A stretch of DNA of 64,000 nucleotides, from positions 57,350,001 through 57,414,000 of the forward strand of contig OZ024741.1 in NCBI GenBank assembly GCA_964016885.1, in the 5' to 3' direction. Shown piece by piece: positions 35,236 through 48,098 of the stretch. The translations under genes were made by a program, and so were the position numbers. Numbering within the stretch: position 1 is the first letter of the stretch; every line of letters starts with the position of its first letter. The DNA comes from Eledone cirrhosa (lineage: Eukaryota). Below the pieces are notes generated by a model, which worked only from the letters and a program-made list of their open reading frames with translations, was not told the origin of the DNA and searched no databases.

Positions 35236-36193
35236 CTAGCAGAAAACCACCCGGTGGGCAGTTTTCTGCTAGCAAATCTAGTGTATATACTGATATTGTT
35301 GAGATTTGGATGAGAAATGTTTTCGGCACCACATGTTCACCGTCTCTCGGTGTGTCTTTTATGCATGTATAAATATATATGTTATCTATACGGTGAAATC
35401 TTTGAAATAAATATATGTTAAAACGAAAAAGGAGAAAATAAATAACTGGCGGTTAGAAAAAAATATTCCTATGAAATTTTAATCATACCATTAGGTGTGA
35501 ATAAGGAAATATTTTTTTATTGTCAAAACAAATGTTCAAAAGTTAAACTTCAATTTTTTTAATTATTTCCAATTTTTTCATGAAATTGAACACTGGACAT
35601 TGGCTGCTGGAAATGGAAATTAAATCGTATTTAATTGTATTTAAATTTCTAACCTTATTTTATTATTTATATTTTTTCAATAAGAAATAAAAAAAAAAAA
35701 AAAAAAAAATTGAAGAAGAAAATTGAACAAATCAAACGTAGGTTATGGAACTGCGCAATCTGATTAATAAATTACCTCATCAGCAGCAACCTTCTTCAAA
35801 TGGTCCTTATTATCAGCAGCAACAACCACAAATTCAATGGCAACCTTCTTCAAACCACAAATTCATTGGCAACCTTCTTCGCATGGTGTCAAGTCAGAAC
35901 CGCCTCAAACTGGTTACTTCTGGCTTGTGCAAGGTGTCTCTATAGCAACCAGCGATTCCCTCGGCCTCAGTGACCAAAGTCAGTGGAGAGGGGAAGGTAA
36001 TATTTCTATAAAGGAAGGGGAAGGTAATATTTCTGTAGCACGTGTTTTAGCGTCTATTCACTCTCTCTCTCTCCCTCCCGCTATCCCCCTCTCGTAGTCT
36101 GTCTCTTTCTTTCACCCTCACTCTCTCTCTACGCACGTGTTTCCACTGTCGGACAGACAGACAGAGAAATTGCTGGTTATATATATAAGTAGA
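35236..36193 (-). mobile_element. Non-autonomous Helitron 2
   Basis: Minus-strand 5' end A|TCTACTTATATATATAACC..CTGTCTGTCTG; 3' GC-rich hairpin followed by CTAG, directly abutting the TC of Helitron 1. Confidence 0.65.
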
Positions 36194-36560
36194 TTACATT
36201 ACAACGATAATTTATTATTAATATATATCATGTTTAACTAGAGTTTTTACAAGCGTTGCCTTAAAAAAATATTAAACTAGATCTGATAAATGCGCAAGCT
36301 CAAAAGAGCCACAACATGTTATAATAAACCTTCAAAGTGTGAGACGAGAGTTGTTGCTCAAAAATATTGTAATCATTATCTATCGTACACTCTGTGGCAT
36401 CCTTTTATAAAAAAGAGGCTCATAACGAACTCAAGACGACACAATAATTATTTAAGTGAATTTATAATATAGAATTTGGTTTAAGTGCATTTCGTATTAA
36501 TCATTACTAAACATCTAATATGAGATGTGCATTTTTCAGGTCTAGTATTTATATGTATAT

Positions 36561-37100
36561 GTCGAGTCACTCTTGAGTGCTACTAGTAGAACCTATCGCA
36601 TGGTCCGGTCGTCGGCGACTAAACCAGCAACCCCACCACGTTTATTTGGTGAGGAGGGTGATTTTGGACACCCTGCAAGACAAAAAACAAAACCTGACAA
36701 AGGGCGGACGAACTCATAAGTGTGTAAATATGTATATACACATGTACATATGTATGTATATGTATATATGTATATACACATGTACCGCTTGGTTAAACCA
36801 CTGAGAGTGAAGGACCCCTAGCCTTTGTCAGGGCATTCTTCTAGGAGAAGGCAACTCAGGAAACTGGGATAACTCTGATATAAAACCTACAGCTCTAGTT
36901 ACCGATGATGTTGATCTTCTCTTCTTTTCGGGTTATAGCTACTGTCACTCAGAGAGTGGGATTGGCTCAGTGCACAGTCGTTCCTCATTTTTAAAAATAT
37001 CTTCACGCACAGGCATTGCATGATAGAATAAATTAATAATTATTAATAATGGTATATCGTGCAATGGCCATACTCGATAACGAGGAGGCAGCCATCATCA
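36561..37100 (+). mobile_element. Non-autonomous RTE derivative (5'UTR-like head plus RTE 3' tail)
   Basis: The last ~42 nt (GTGCAATGGCCATACTCGATAACGAGGAGGCAGCCATCATCA) are nearly identical to the LINE tail at 33995-34034. Contains an RTE 5'UTR-like CTAGGAGAAGGCAACTC motif and no tRNA head. Inserted in a TA/TG microsatellite. Confidence 0.7.
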
Positions 37101-37120
37101 TGTATGTATATATATATGTA

Positions 37121-37154
<34 letters not shown>

Positions 37155-38259
37155 CGTGTGTCTGTGTTTATGGCCCATAACTTAGCGGTTTGACAAAAAA
37201 GAGATAAAATAAGTACTAGTGTCGATATAATCAACTAAATACCTAGCTGTGCCCCAGCATATTCACATAGTCAAATGACTGAAGGCAATAAAAGAATATT
37301 TACAATTACAATATGATTACTGATTGAAACGGCAATTGAAATAAAAAGTTAAATTATAGTTGTTATTTTTTAAAAATAATCATTCATCTTATAACAGCTA
37401 CATTACAGCTACTTCTCACTTAAAAATCACTCACATTTATAACCATACATTTTTTTCTGAACCCATATTTATATGTTATGTATTTTTTAAATTTCCTCTA
37501 TTCTTTTGAAGGTATCAAATCAAATAAATGGTGGTGACCCACAGGTTTTTTATCATCATCACCATTTTAATGTCTGTTTTTCTTGCTAGCAATTACTGGA
37601 CAAATTGTCACTGATCATGTCAGTACTTGCTCAGAGCTACTGATCTTTCTGGTAAACCAAGGGCATACTGGGTGCACCAGAGCATATTTGGCACCCGCAC
37701 CAGGGAGGTTGTGTTGACATTAATAAAGCTGTGGTTGGTAATATGTTAAGCAGGTTTTGGAAATTGAATATGTTAAAGAGGTTTTGTAATTTAAATATGC
37801 TAAACAGGTTTTGTAACTTGAATTTATTGAACTTCAGTCTTTTGTAGCTTTATTTGTTTGCTTATACATTTGTTCAGAGGAGTTAGATATCTGTATTGAA
37901 TTTACCCACAAATTGCAGACTGGTTTTGTTGTGTATTAGCCTATCAGCTCTGCTCAAATATCTTGTACTCTCAGATGTTTAACACCCATGAATCCAGGAT
38001 ATGCCCTGGGCTTTATCTAAGCTGTGCAAGTTTGGAAAAAGTGCATGTAAAACGATAACTCTAGCACTAGCTTAGTGTTACTCAACTTGTTTTGATAATT
38101 CTCTCCTCCTACTACGATACTGACTGCAACCCCATCCCCACCAACTGTTACCTTTATGTAATATAGATAGTAGCTTTCTTAAACTTAAATGTAAACAGGT
38201 TTATATGTATTTTAAGTTTAATTCTTGCCATGGTGAGAAAGATATCAGTTCTACGACAA

Positions 38260-38452
38260 GGAATGCACCCTGGCATCTTACTGTTTGGAATGTTCATTGG
38301 CATCTTAATGTCTATGGAATATACCCTGTTATCTTGGTGTATGGAATGTTCCTTGGCATCTTAATGTCTATGGAATATATCCTGACATCTTAGTGTATGG
38401 AATGTTCCTTTATCTTAATATCCATGGAATATACCCTGGTATCTTAGTGTGG
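38260..38452 (+). repeat. Degenerate ~28-bp minisatellite (GGAAT..CCTGGCATCTTAATGTCTAT), about 7 units
   Basis: Recurring GGAATG/GGAATA...ATCTTA units. Confidence 0.7.
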
Positions 38453-38459
38453 ATGCCGC

Positions 38460-38785
38460 ATGGCTGAATGCTTAAGAGATTCATTTCACAATCATTAGAC
38501 CTGGGGTTTGATCCCACTGCATAACATCTTAAGCAAGTGTTATTTACCATACCCTCAGGTCAACCCAAGCCTTGTGAATGAAATTGGGTAAACAGAAACT
38601 GTTTGGAAGCCCATTAGATGCATTGTACCTATAATTTAAAAGTCCAGCCTTATCATAATGAATCTTCACGAGAAGGCTACACATGTCTGTGGAATGCTCA
38701 GCCACTTATACATTAATTTCATGAGCAGGCTGTTTTGTTCATCGGATAACTGGAACACTCATCGTTGAAACTGATAGCAGTGCAT
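38460..38785 (+). mobile_element. tRNA-derived SINE
   Basis: TGGCTGAATGCTTAAGAG head and GGGTTTGATCCC B-box; colinear with 4709-5235. Confidence 0.75.
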
Positions 38786-38799
38786 TTCAATATACATAT

Positions 38800-39688
38800 A
38801 TGTAGAGTAAACAGCCAAAATTAAAGTGTTAGTAAGAGACAAGATAGGACCCTGATTCCTTCAGGGAAGTGGCCCTGCTCAATATGTAGAGAGTAGGTAT
38901 AAACTCCATACGATGTACACAATGTAAATCTTGGGTACACAAGAGATGTATTGGGATAACAAGTAAGCTAACTGGAAGGGAAGAATTTGTTTGTAGAAGA
39001 TGCACAAGGGTAACCGAGGAGAATATAACCAGTGATGTAAGCCTATTCTAGTCACAGGAAGGGCCTATAGAAATGGTTGATAGCTTCTGCTATCTAGGCA
39101 ATGTAATTAGCAATGGAGGAGGGTGCTCTGAGAGAATAATAACTTCAATAAGGAAAATGTTCTGGGAGCTACTCCCACTGTTGACCACAAAAGGTTTCTC
39201 CCTACACACAAAAGGATGACTGTGTGACACCTATGTGCGAAATGTGATGCTGCATGGTGTGAAACATGGGCTGTGAGTACGGAGGACATTTGTAGACTGG
39301 AGAGAAATGAAGCAACCATGCTCTGTTGGATGTGCAATGTAAGTGTGAGAGAGAGGCAGAGCTTGGATGAGTTGAGGGAGAAGCTGGGTTTAAGGGGAAT
39401 CTGAGGTGGTGTGCAGGAGAGAAGACTGCATTGGTTTGGACATGTGATATGCATGGATGATGATCGTTGGGTGAAGAAGTGCTAGGAAATGCCAGTGAAA
39501 GGAAGTTGCAGTAGAGGTAGACCAAGAAAAACTTGGGCAGAGGTTGTGAGAACTGACCTAAAAATCACTGAGACTCGCAGAGGCGAAGACAAAGGATCGC
39601 AACGTGTGGAGAAATGCCGTGCTGAGAAAGACCAGTCCAACCCATGCAAGCATGGAAAAGCAGACGTAAAAATGATGATGATGATGAT
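38800..39688 (+). mobile_element. Decayed 3' part of a second RTE-family LINE
   Basis: Decayed VDSFCYLG..I, NVMLHG.ETWAV, LERNEATMLCWMCNVSV, RRLHWFGHV and RGRPRKTW. Tail CCCATGCAAGCATGGAAAAGCAGACGTAAAAATG(ATG)n. The 5' boundary is approximate. Confidence 0.75.
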
Positions 39689-40077
39689 ATATATATGCAA
39701 ACTGGTGTCAGTTTTGATGGTGGAGTTCACTAGTTGAAGAATGAATCCAAAGAAATCAATATTTAGGTCTATAGATGTACGAAAATATTATTGGCAATAG
39801 TTGAAAGTAAAACCCAATAAACTGGAATTATTTTCTTCCATTCATATTAGAGTTTGTAATTTGAGAAAAATGATTGTTTCAGTATATATATATACATAAA
39901 TATAAATAGATTGAATTACTCTGCATTGAACTTCTGCCGACTCACTCATCGTCACCCCAACCACCATATAACGTCTGTTCTCACTGCTTGCAATACACTG
40001 CATAATATTTGTTTATGCTAGGAGTTTACATATGCAAAGAATTTGCTGAGTTAGAGCATTGACTAGAATATTTACAA

Positions 40078-40430
40078 CAGGGTTTTCCAACCTGGGAGAT
40101 ATCACCTACTGGTGGGCTATTTCAACTGTTGGGTGGGCGATGAGCAACTGAACAGAAAAATGTGGGTGATTGGAAATTTTGGTGGTCGATATAGAATTTT
40201 GAGTATTTAGAAGGTATTTCAACATATTCTACCTGAAAAAAATATTCAAAGGAGATATGCAAAGAACCTGAATTAAAAAAACAAGAGGCTAAATGGGAAT
40301 AATGAACTAGTAACAAACTTTTACCAAATGTTTTTGGTATGCTTTTGAATACTTACTATACAGGTGGGAAGTGGAAAATTTTTCCTTGTGAAAATGGGTG
40401 ATAACAAAAAACTTTGAGAATCTTTGCTTT
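40078..40430. mobile_element. Probable hAT-type non-autonomous DNA transposon
   Basis: Left end CAGGGTTTTCCAACCTGGG and a degenerate right end TTTGAGAATCTTTG. Confidence 0.4.
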
Positions 40431-40659
40431 ATAATGTTTTTCTTCTAGTTCTGTGCACTCTTAGTTCAAATCCTACGACTGACACTCCATATTTTACGTT
40501 GTTAAATGATGCAAGCATAGAAAAGCAGATGTAAAAACGATGATGATGATTATGATAAAGTGATGTCTCATATTTTACAATGCTGAGCTATATTTTACAC
40601 AAATGACATTTCATATTTTACAATGTTAAACTATATTTTAGCCTAGTAACACTTCATAT

Positions 40660-42560
40660 TCCATGATGTTAAAACTGATTGAGGGTGACGTTTCTGCTGT
40701 GGTGCGTATGCTGGCTTCAAGCGATACATCACTCCATACATTAGGTATCTGGATGTGCTGGCTGATATCAGGGACTTCAAGCACCCACCAGTGACACCCC
40801 CTTGACCGCACCAAGTAAAGATGTGGTAGTTGTCCTGAGAATCTTCCTAGGGAGCAGCAGTGCTGGAGTAGATGGCCTGCAACCTGGTCACCTAAGAGAT
40901 CTAATCTTGCCATACCCTGCTGAGGTGGGAGTATATTTGTTTCAGTCAATTACTGCTCTAACAAACAGTCTTCTCTGAGCCGATCTCCCCTGCCTGGGAT
41001 CTTCATTTGCAGCCAATCTGACTGCGTTAAAGAAGAATGAAGGAGGTATCCAACCCATAACCGTAGGTAATGTCTTTAGGTGACTTGTAGCCAATATAGC
41101 GTGCAGGTCAGTCACGGTGAACCTAAGCAAGGAGTTATGCCCTGTTCAACTCAAAGTAAGAGTTAAGTGTGAATGTGAGGTGGCTGTTTATGTGCAGACA
41201 CTTCATTTAGCACACCCACCCCATCACATTGTGAAGCCGGACATGTTGAAACGCTTTCAACAGTGTTAGGCAAGTTTACATCTTAGAGACATGTCTAAGA
41301 TGGGATCCTATTCTCCCTCTTGTACTCTTATAGGACACTCAGCACATGTATTGCTGCTGATAACAAGGTGATTTCAGCCACAGGTGTCCAGCAAAATGAC
41401 CCACTCAGTCCACTCTTCTTTCTGTTGGCTGTCAATGACATTGCCCACTCAATGTCTAGTACCTGGATGGCTTGGTTGAGTTTATTGTCGACAATCTTCA
41501 GCAAGTCATTCCAGCCCTAACAACTCATCGAATACCGAAGTGATAAATGTGAGCTGTAGTGAAACTGAATTTTAAGATACCATACTCAGCATCTAACCTG
41601 TTCTGACTGGAGCACAGCTAACACCAAAAAATGACGCATACATTCTCAGCTCACGAAACCTCTTGAAAGCCATAGGAGAGTGCCAGGAGATCAAGAACAC
41701 TGAACTGACAAGGATGACGCCACCATTTGATACTGTGCTGAATTCAACTGCAATGTTAGTTTCAACAGCATCAGCTAGCAACAGGTGAGATTCCTCATGA
41801 AATACGGTGGCCTCAAACCCCAAACTATTTCTGACCTAGCACTGCCATCCTGCCTCAATCACCTCCAGCAGCACCCTCAATAGCAAGGTCCTCCACAAAA
41901 CAGTAGAGCCAGATGTAGATTAGGAGCTGGAGTCAGCTCTGACCAATTGGATCAACAAAGGTCTAATTGTCCCCCAGTATACAGATGTCCAACACAACTC
42001 TGCAGGTCAACTTTCAGGCAGATTAAGTCTTTTTTAGATCAACACTGTTTCATCTGCCTCCCAGCCAAACAGTGTCACATGGCTCAATTCAGTGCCCTTG
42101 CATCAAAGTGGGCTAGAGCCTCATCCTCCACCTATGGGAGTTGCAAAAATGCCATAGTTGACAAGTTTAGTTTGCACCCATTCGAAAGAGGTAAATCCCT
42201 AATCTGTGACACCATGTGCTGCCACTTGTTTTCTGCCTCCAGCCTTGCCATTTCAGCTGCAAACCCAAACACCATCACCTGCAAGGCAGAGGAGAGGAAA
42301 ATATTGGGGCTTGACCGACTGCTTCCTTTTCCTTCTGGTCACCATCGAAACGTCAGGTGTCCTTGGTTACTGAACTGTTGTTTTCCTCCAGGAAAATCAG
42401 GAAGACTGCAGCTCGTACGAGGAAGAAGCCACGTGTAGTAGGATGGTTGCTGCAGCAAATGTTGGCCGTTTTCCGCAGCAGTGCATTTGCCATTTTGTAT
42501 GTGGGGCGCAGCTGAAGCATGTCACTCGGGCTGGGATGTGTAGTCTGTCGCTTCGTTCCC
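40660..42560 (+). mobile_element. Highly degenerate CRE-clade non-LTR retrotransposon (RT plus RLE region)
   Basis: Fragments EGDVSAVVRMLASSD, SSAGVDGLQPGHLRDL, KKNEGGIQPITVGNVFR, GVQQNDPLSPLFFLLAV and LICDTMC match CRE motifs GIRPIAVG and GVQQGDPLGPLLF. Many stops and frameshifts. Confidence 0.75.
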
Positions 42561-43079
42561 ACTTACCCTTTCTTTCGTTGTTTAATTTCTCTTTTTTTTC
42601 TCTATATTTTCCTTTCCATATTTATTATATAAGAATTAATGATGAAGAATTTTGAGGGATTTGCTAAAACTATCAAATATTTCATTACTAAAACTATATT
42701 CTAGTGACACCGCTAAGCGGTAATTCGATAATAAAATCATATGCCAGTATATTGATAAAAATCTTCTAAATTTCCGTTTAGTAATATATTATCCTGAATA
42801 CAACCAGTTTTTGGTAATTTCCGCAAATAATCGTATAATATTGTCAAATTATATACTAATTTTTTTATAGATAATAATTTATTTATTTATATCTTTCTCT
42901 ATACAGATACGTATATATATGTGCACACACGTCTTCGGTTTCTATATGGTACCACGTTTTGTTTTCATGTTCATCTTTTGAATATAATTATATAATATAT
43001 ATATCTTGGTTTAGTAATCCTTAAACATGCTATATCATCCTTTTCGGTATTCACTATTATCTAATAATAAAATATTTGG

Positions 43080-43520
43080 TGTTCCTTAGTAGCACTTTGG
43101 ATTCAAAGTTGGTGGGAAGAGACCAGATGGTCTTACCTTTTGTCCTAGGGTAAAAGGTAGATGTCTCATTTAGGATGCAAGTCAGTGACCCTTTTGCTTC
43201 TTCCCATATTCTGGATGTTGCGGTAAAAGTGAGGGTCACTGCTTCCGTAGCCTAACGGAATACAATTTTAAAATACTGGGAATTATCGGCAAACTATTTT
43301 TTCTAGCCTGTGACGTTTGAGGGAGCTGGGCCACTAACAACGAAGTTCATGTCATCGTTGGCGACTCACTTTAGTTATGTGTCAGGTGATGCCCGTAAGG
43401 GTGCTTGGTTGTTACAGCGACTTAGCCTCGCTATCACCCGCGGTAATGTTGCTTACCACAAAAAAGTATTAGAGGGAGGTTCCGGCGCTCCTTGTGGTGT
43501 GTGACCGGTTGACACACTTA
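43080..43520 (+). mobile_element. 3' fragment of a CRE-clade non-LTR retrotransposon
   Basis: GKRPDGLT.., D.FASSHI and LLQRLSLAITRGN (the CRE C-terminal QRLSIAIQRGN motif). Confidence 0.7.
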
Positions 43521-44019
43521 GTATTGAATTAATATTTTCTTTCGTTTTGATTCTATATTTTTATTTGAAATATTTATGTAATTAAGTACTGTATATATTA
43601 TTTGAGTGTATATTTCCATTCTGTAAGAATAATAAATTGTATTTTATATAATAATTTTATATTTTCTTATAATTAGATATTTGGTTGGTGTTGATTAGTC
43701 TCAAGCCCGCCCTAATCAAAAGTGTTCCAGCTATGACTATCGTGTCTTTTTTATTTATATAAGACACTATATGTTGTCAATTGTACCCTTCCTTTTTAAA
43801 AAATATTTTTAAGTAGCATGAAGTGCGCAGAGCTCATTAAATATATGGTATTCTTCAGTAATATTTCATATTCCCAAATAGTATTTTAATTCCAAATAAT
43901 ATAAGCAGCTATTCATTTAAAAACAAAATGTAATTTTTGAAACGAAATCATTCAATTTTAACTAAATATAAATTAATATTATCACCACATAAAAATAGCC
44001 TTTCGGTATTTCCCGTTAA

Positions 44020-44431
44020 TTGTTGAAAAACAACCAAATCCGGTTGTGCTTCGGCAGTTTCCGTGATATTAATTTCAATTCACAAGTATCATCGTTTTGA
44101 CGAAATCAGTAACATTGTTTCGTCAGTTTCCGCGAGGTCAGTTTGATGTATTAGTGTCATTGTTTCGGCAATTTTCGTCAGTTTCCGTGAGATTAGTTTA
44201 AATGTATTAGTTTCCTTGTTGGTGGACGCTTGTAACTGAATTTAGTCGTCGCCATAGACTTTGTTAATCATTCTAACGTCTTGTTTTGTTGTCTTTCTAT
44301 GAGACAACACAAGACGAAGAAGAAATTTGTATCACCAACAGTTGTAATAATCCATAATTGCATTCGTCGGCGGAGACAGATAGAGAGAGCGATAGAAAGA
44401 TATATAATATATATATTGAAAAGAAGCGAAG
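44020..44431 (+). promoter_or_regulatory. Luc7-like promoter / 5'UTR region
   Basis: CpG-enriched region upstream of the ATG with three copies of CAGTTTCCG(T/C)GA and a CGCCAT motif. Confidence 0.5.
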
Positions 44432-44492
44432 ATGTCAGCTCACGATCAGATTCGTGCTATGCTCGATGAATTAATGGGTACAGGTCGAGATG
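44432..44492 (+). CDS. LUC7L2: Luc7-like exon 1 (MSAHDQIRAMLDELMGTGRD-G)
   Basis: Characteristic Luc7 N-terminus; donor G|GTAAGT; 61 nt. Confidence 0.93.
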
Positions 44493-47400
44493 GTAAGTAA
44501 ATATAAAAGAAAAAATGCATGAACACACTCACCAATTTAAAAAAAAATAATTTCTTCGAAAGAGGAAAAAATAATTCATTTTTCTTTTTTCTCCAGTTTT
44601 TCGTCTCTTTTTTCCTCCCCATCACATAAAATGTAATTTTTTTTTCAAAACTATTTTCTTCTCGACTAAAATGGAGAAAATGTTTTTTAATCAAATGAAA
44701 TTTCCACACAAAACTTTCCAAGTATCAATGCAGCTAACTATAAATAATAGTTTAATGAGTGTTGTTAAAGTGAAATGTATGTTTTGTGACGAATCATTTT
44801 TTTATGAATGTGTTTAAAAATGTTTTAGTCTTTGTTCATAAATGTGTGTGTGTATTTATATATTAAAACAGTCCGTACGATCTAGCGTAAACCATTTCTA
44901 TGGTGAAATGGAAAACGGTTTGAGCTTGACCGTAGGGCAAATATGTCTTAATAATAATATACACACTCTATTTTCCATAACGGTTAGAGTACTAAGTTGA
45001 ATATTGGTCTTAAAGGTCTTAGAACATCTTGTGTTGAGAAATCTTTGTGTCTGTGTTGTGTTTAGAAATGTTGGCAGTGACGAATGAAACGGCCATATTG
45101 AGTCGTTTCTCTTGTATTGAGAAAAATAACAGCATCATTTTTTTCTAAAATGAATTACTCCAGGTTATTATTATTTGTGTTACTTTAAACATTCCGTCTC
45201 TTAATTAGCAATGTTTTCTTAATTAATTGAATATTTGTTGTTCTGGATAATTTGATTTCTTGTGTTTAATAAATAAGAATCGATGAGGATACGTGTCGTT
45301 GGTTTATTTGATGAAGTCTTTTCCTGCAGTGAATTTATTATTACATTTAACTTGCATATTTAATGTAAATAACTCTATCTCCTTTAAAACAATGTCGAAG
45401 TGTCAAATTCCAATGTATATATGTGTAATGATAGAAATACAGTAAACTGCATATAATATTGAGGGAAGATGATACTTAAAAATCTTGCTAATTATAGTTT
45501 ATAACTAATTAGCAACTTGGTTATATTTTCAGCTGAGTTTCGCGGTTGCTCGTTGATCAGTAATATAATAATCGATGTTATATTCTGTTGGTATTCAGCA
45601 CTTTTAAGCTAAAGCCATTCTATTTGTAAATCCGTCATTATCATCTCTATTATATATATAATTTGCATCTCACATCTGCGTAAGGAATAAAGCACTTTTT
45701 TCAAGACAAGTGCGCTACCTTATTCATGAATCGAACACACGACCTTATGATCGTGAGTTGAACACCTTTTACTATGTATTATATAATGTATAAAGTGATA
45801 TATCAATATAGGCCGCGTGTCACTCGCATAGTTGCTAATGTCTAAATTGGTCTAAACATCTCCCACACATTTAAAAAATTTCCATTGCAAAATTGTGGGT
45901 ATTATTAGTTAACCTTTTTCTTTTGTGGGGTGATTTTTTTTTTTTTTTTTTTTTTTTTCATTTGAGATAATTACAATGTTCAAGTTGAGAGATAAAATAC
46001 CTACTAGGGTTTCATTTAATTAAATAGTACTTGACGTTTCTCGTTATTTCATTTTTAATTGCATTTTCTCTTTTTGTTCTATATTAATAAATAATAATGG
46101 TAATGGTTAATTTGGTGTTTGTATATCATATAACGCCTGTTCTATCTGCTGAGCAATGATTATATATATATTCCGTTTGTACAATGGCGTAGTATTTGGG
46201 ATAAACCTGGTGTCTTTAGTCTATAAATCTAAGACCTAACTATATACTATACTGTAAACCTATCTGTATGTAGTAATATTATCCAACATCAGCAGCCTTT
46301 GTAGCTATGTATATATATCGGTAATAAATGTGCAACTCTACTCTTTAATTTCAATAGTCCCTCTTAACGTATTCATCAATTAATTCTCCACCATCATAAC
46401 ATTCGTGACTATATATGTATATAAATAATAAACGTACAATGCTAGTCTTTTAAACTGCGGTACCTCCTCATCTATAATGCACTACCCCGTCTCCGCCATC
46501 ACTGCCAGTTAAAAGCACCATTGGTTTTGTGTGCATGTGGGGGTGTTCTGCGTCATTTTATTTTTTTTTCTTGCATCAGAAGTAGATACATCCTTTTGTC
46601 ATTGTAATTATAACAAGTCTCTTAAAGTACTTATTGCTTTTCCTTTTATTTTATGGGGGTAACATTCGTTCGAGAAAATGAATGACAGGTCAGTAGTGGA
46701 GTTTTAAAACGGCTAACAATGATATTGGATTTATGAAATCTCGTTGATTTAGCACGAAAAGTTGACCTGGTTTTCTACATATTTATATATATGATATAAA
46801 CGTTTAGCATTAACGGTCGCGAGAATGGGTGCTTAATGCCAGGGTAGTGATTAATAGGTTTATGGCCGAGTCTGTGTCCTGTTACTAGAAGTCGTGTACT
46901 GCGGGTCAATGCAATCGATTTCCCCCTCCCCAATATCCCTGTGTTTTAAATTAGAAACCATTATTAAAGCTTTCGTTTTTTTTTTTTCCGGTAGGAAATT
47001 TCCCATTGGAATAAATATATATTTATAAGTAAATATTTATAGATCTTTAAGTGCATTCATTGTTTATAAGTTATGTTTCTATAGTAAAGGTCAGCTAATA
47101 AGATGTTTAGCGTTAAAACAAGCTACTTATGTGACCAGATCACCATTATATATTTTCAATAGTGGTTTTATTGATATATAGAAATAAAAGTAATTATGTA
47201 AAGTGTGTGAACGTTCTTTCTAATAACGGGAGAAATATTCATGGCAAATGTTAAGTTAATGGAGTAGGTAGCTTTTTGATGTCTTTGGAAATGGTTTTTC
47301 GTAAAAAAAAAACTTTGGTGGAATATATTTTGATCTGAAAATATCGATTGCATTTGATATTTACCGCAAATTGCTTTATCTTTATCTAATGATATTGTTA

Positions 47401-47929
47401 GTCAATATAATATGATATAAAATGGGTTTTATGAAAATATATTTTATATAATACCATTTAAATATCTGTAAAGTAACAATTACTGCTTCAGATTTAACTC
47501 CTTTGATACGAAAACCGTCCCTGGAGCTACGATAAAAAAACTGATTTAAAGTGTTTATAATTTATCTAAAGACCTTCCATCATAATTTTATGTAATAACC
47601 CTTGTGTTCCAAACACCAGCTTAAAGAGGTGCGGTTAGTTGTATCCCCCCGCCCCTCCACCCCCGAAAAAAATATTTGAAAATCTTATGCAGTGTATTTC
47701 ATTATAAATAGGGCAGTGGAAAGGTTTTATTTATTTCTGTTCTTCCCAATTGGAAACATTAGAATAGAACATATTCTTGGCAGAAAGACAAAAAAATGGG
47801 TGGAAGTATTTAGTGGAATTGTTGCTGGAATTATTTCTAATAGTACTGCTGCTAACATTCTCCAGTTAGGAAGTATATTGGAGAAATATTTATTTATACA
47901 AAAGATTGATTATAATGTTCCAAGTATTG

Positions 47930-48098
47930 AGAGACATATCTTTTTTGCTTTCTTGGTTTACATGTTCCAAATATTGAGGACATAACTTCCCTGGTTCATG
48001 TGTTCGAAAAATTGGGGGACATATCTATCTTGGTTTGTATGCTCCGATATGCGGTGGTGGGCATATCTTTACTGGTACGTGTTCCAAATATTGGGACT
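47930..48098 (+). repeat. Degenerate ~37-40-bp tandem repeat (TGGTT..ATGTTCCAAATATTG..GACAT)
   Basis: Four to five imperfect units in Luc7 intron 1. Confidence 0.55.
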
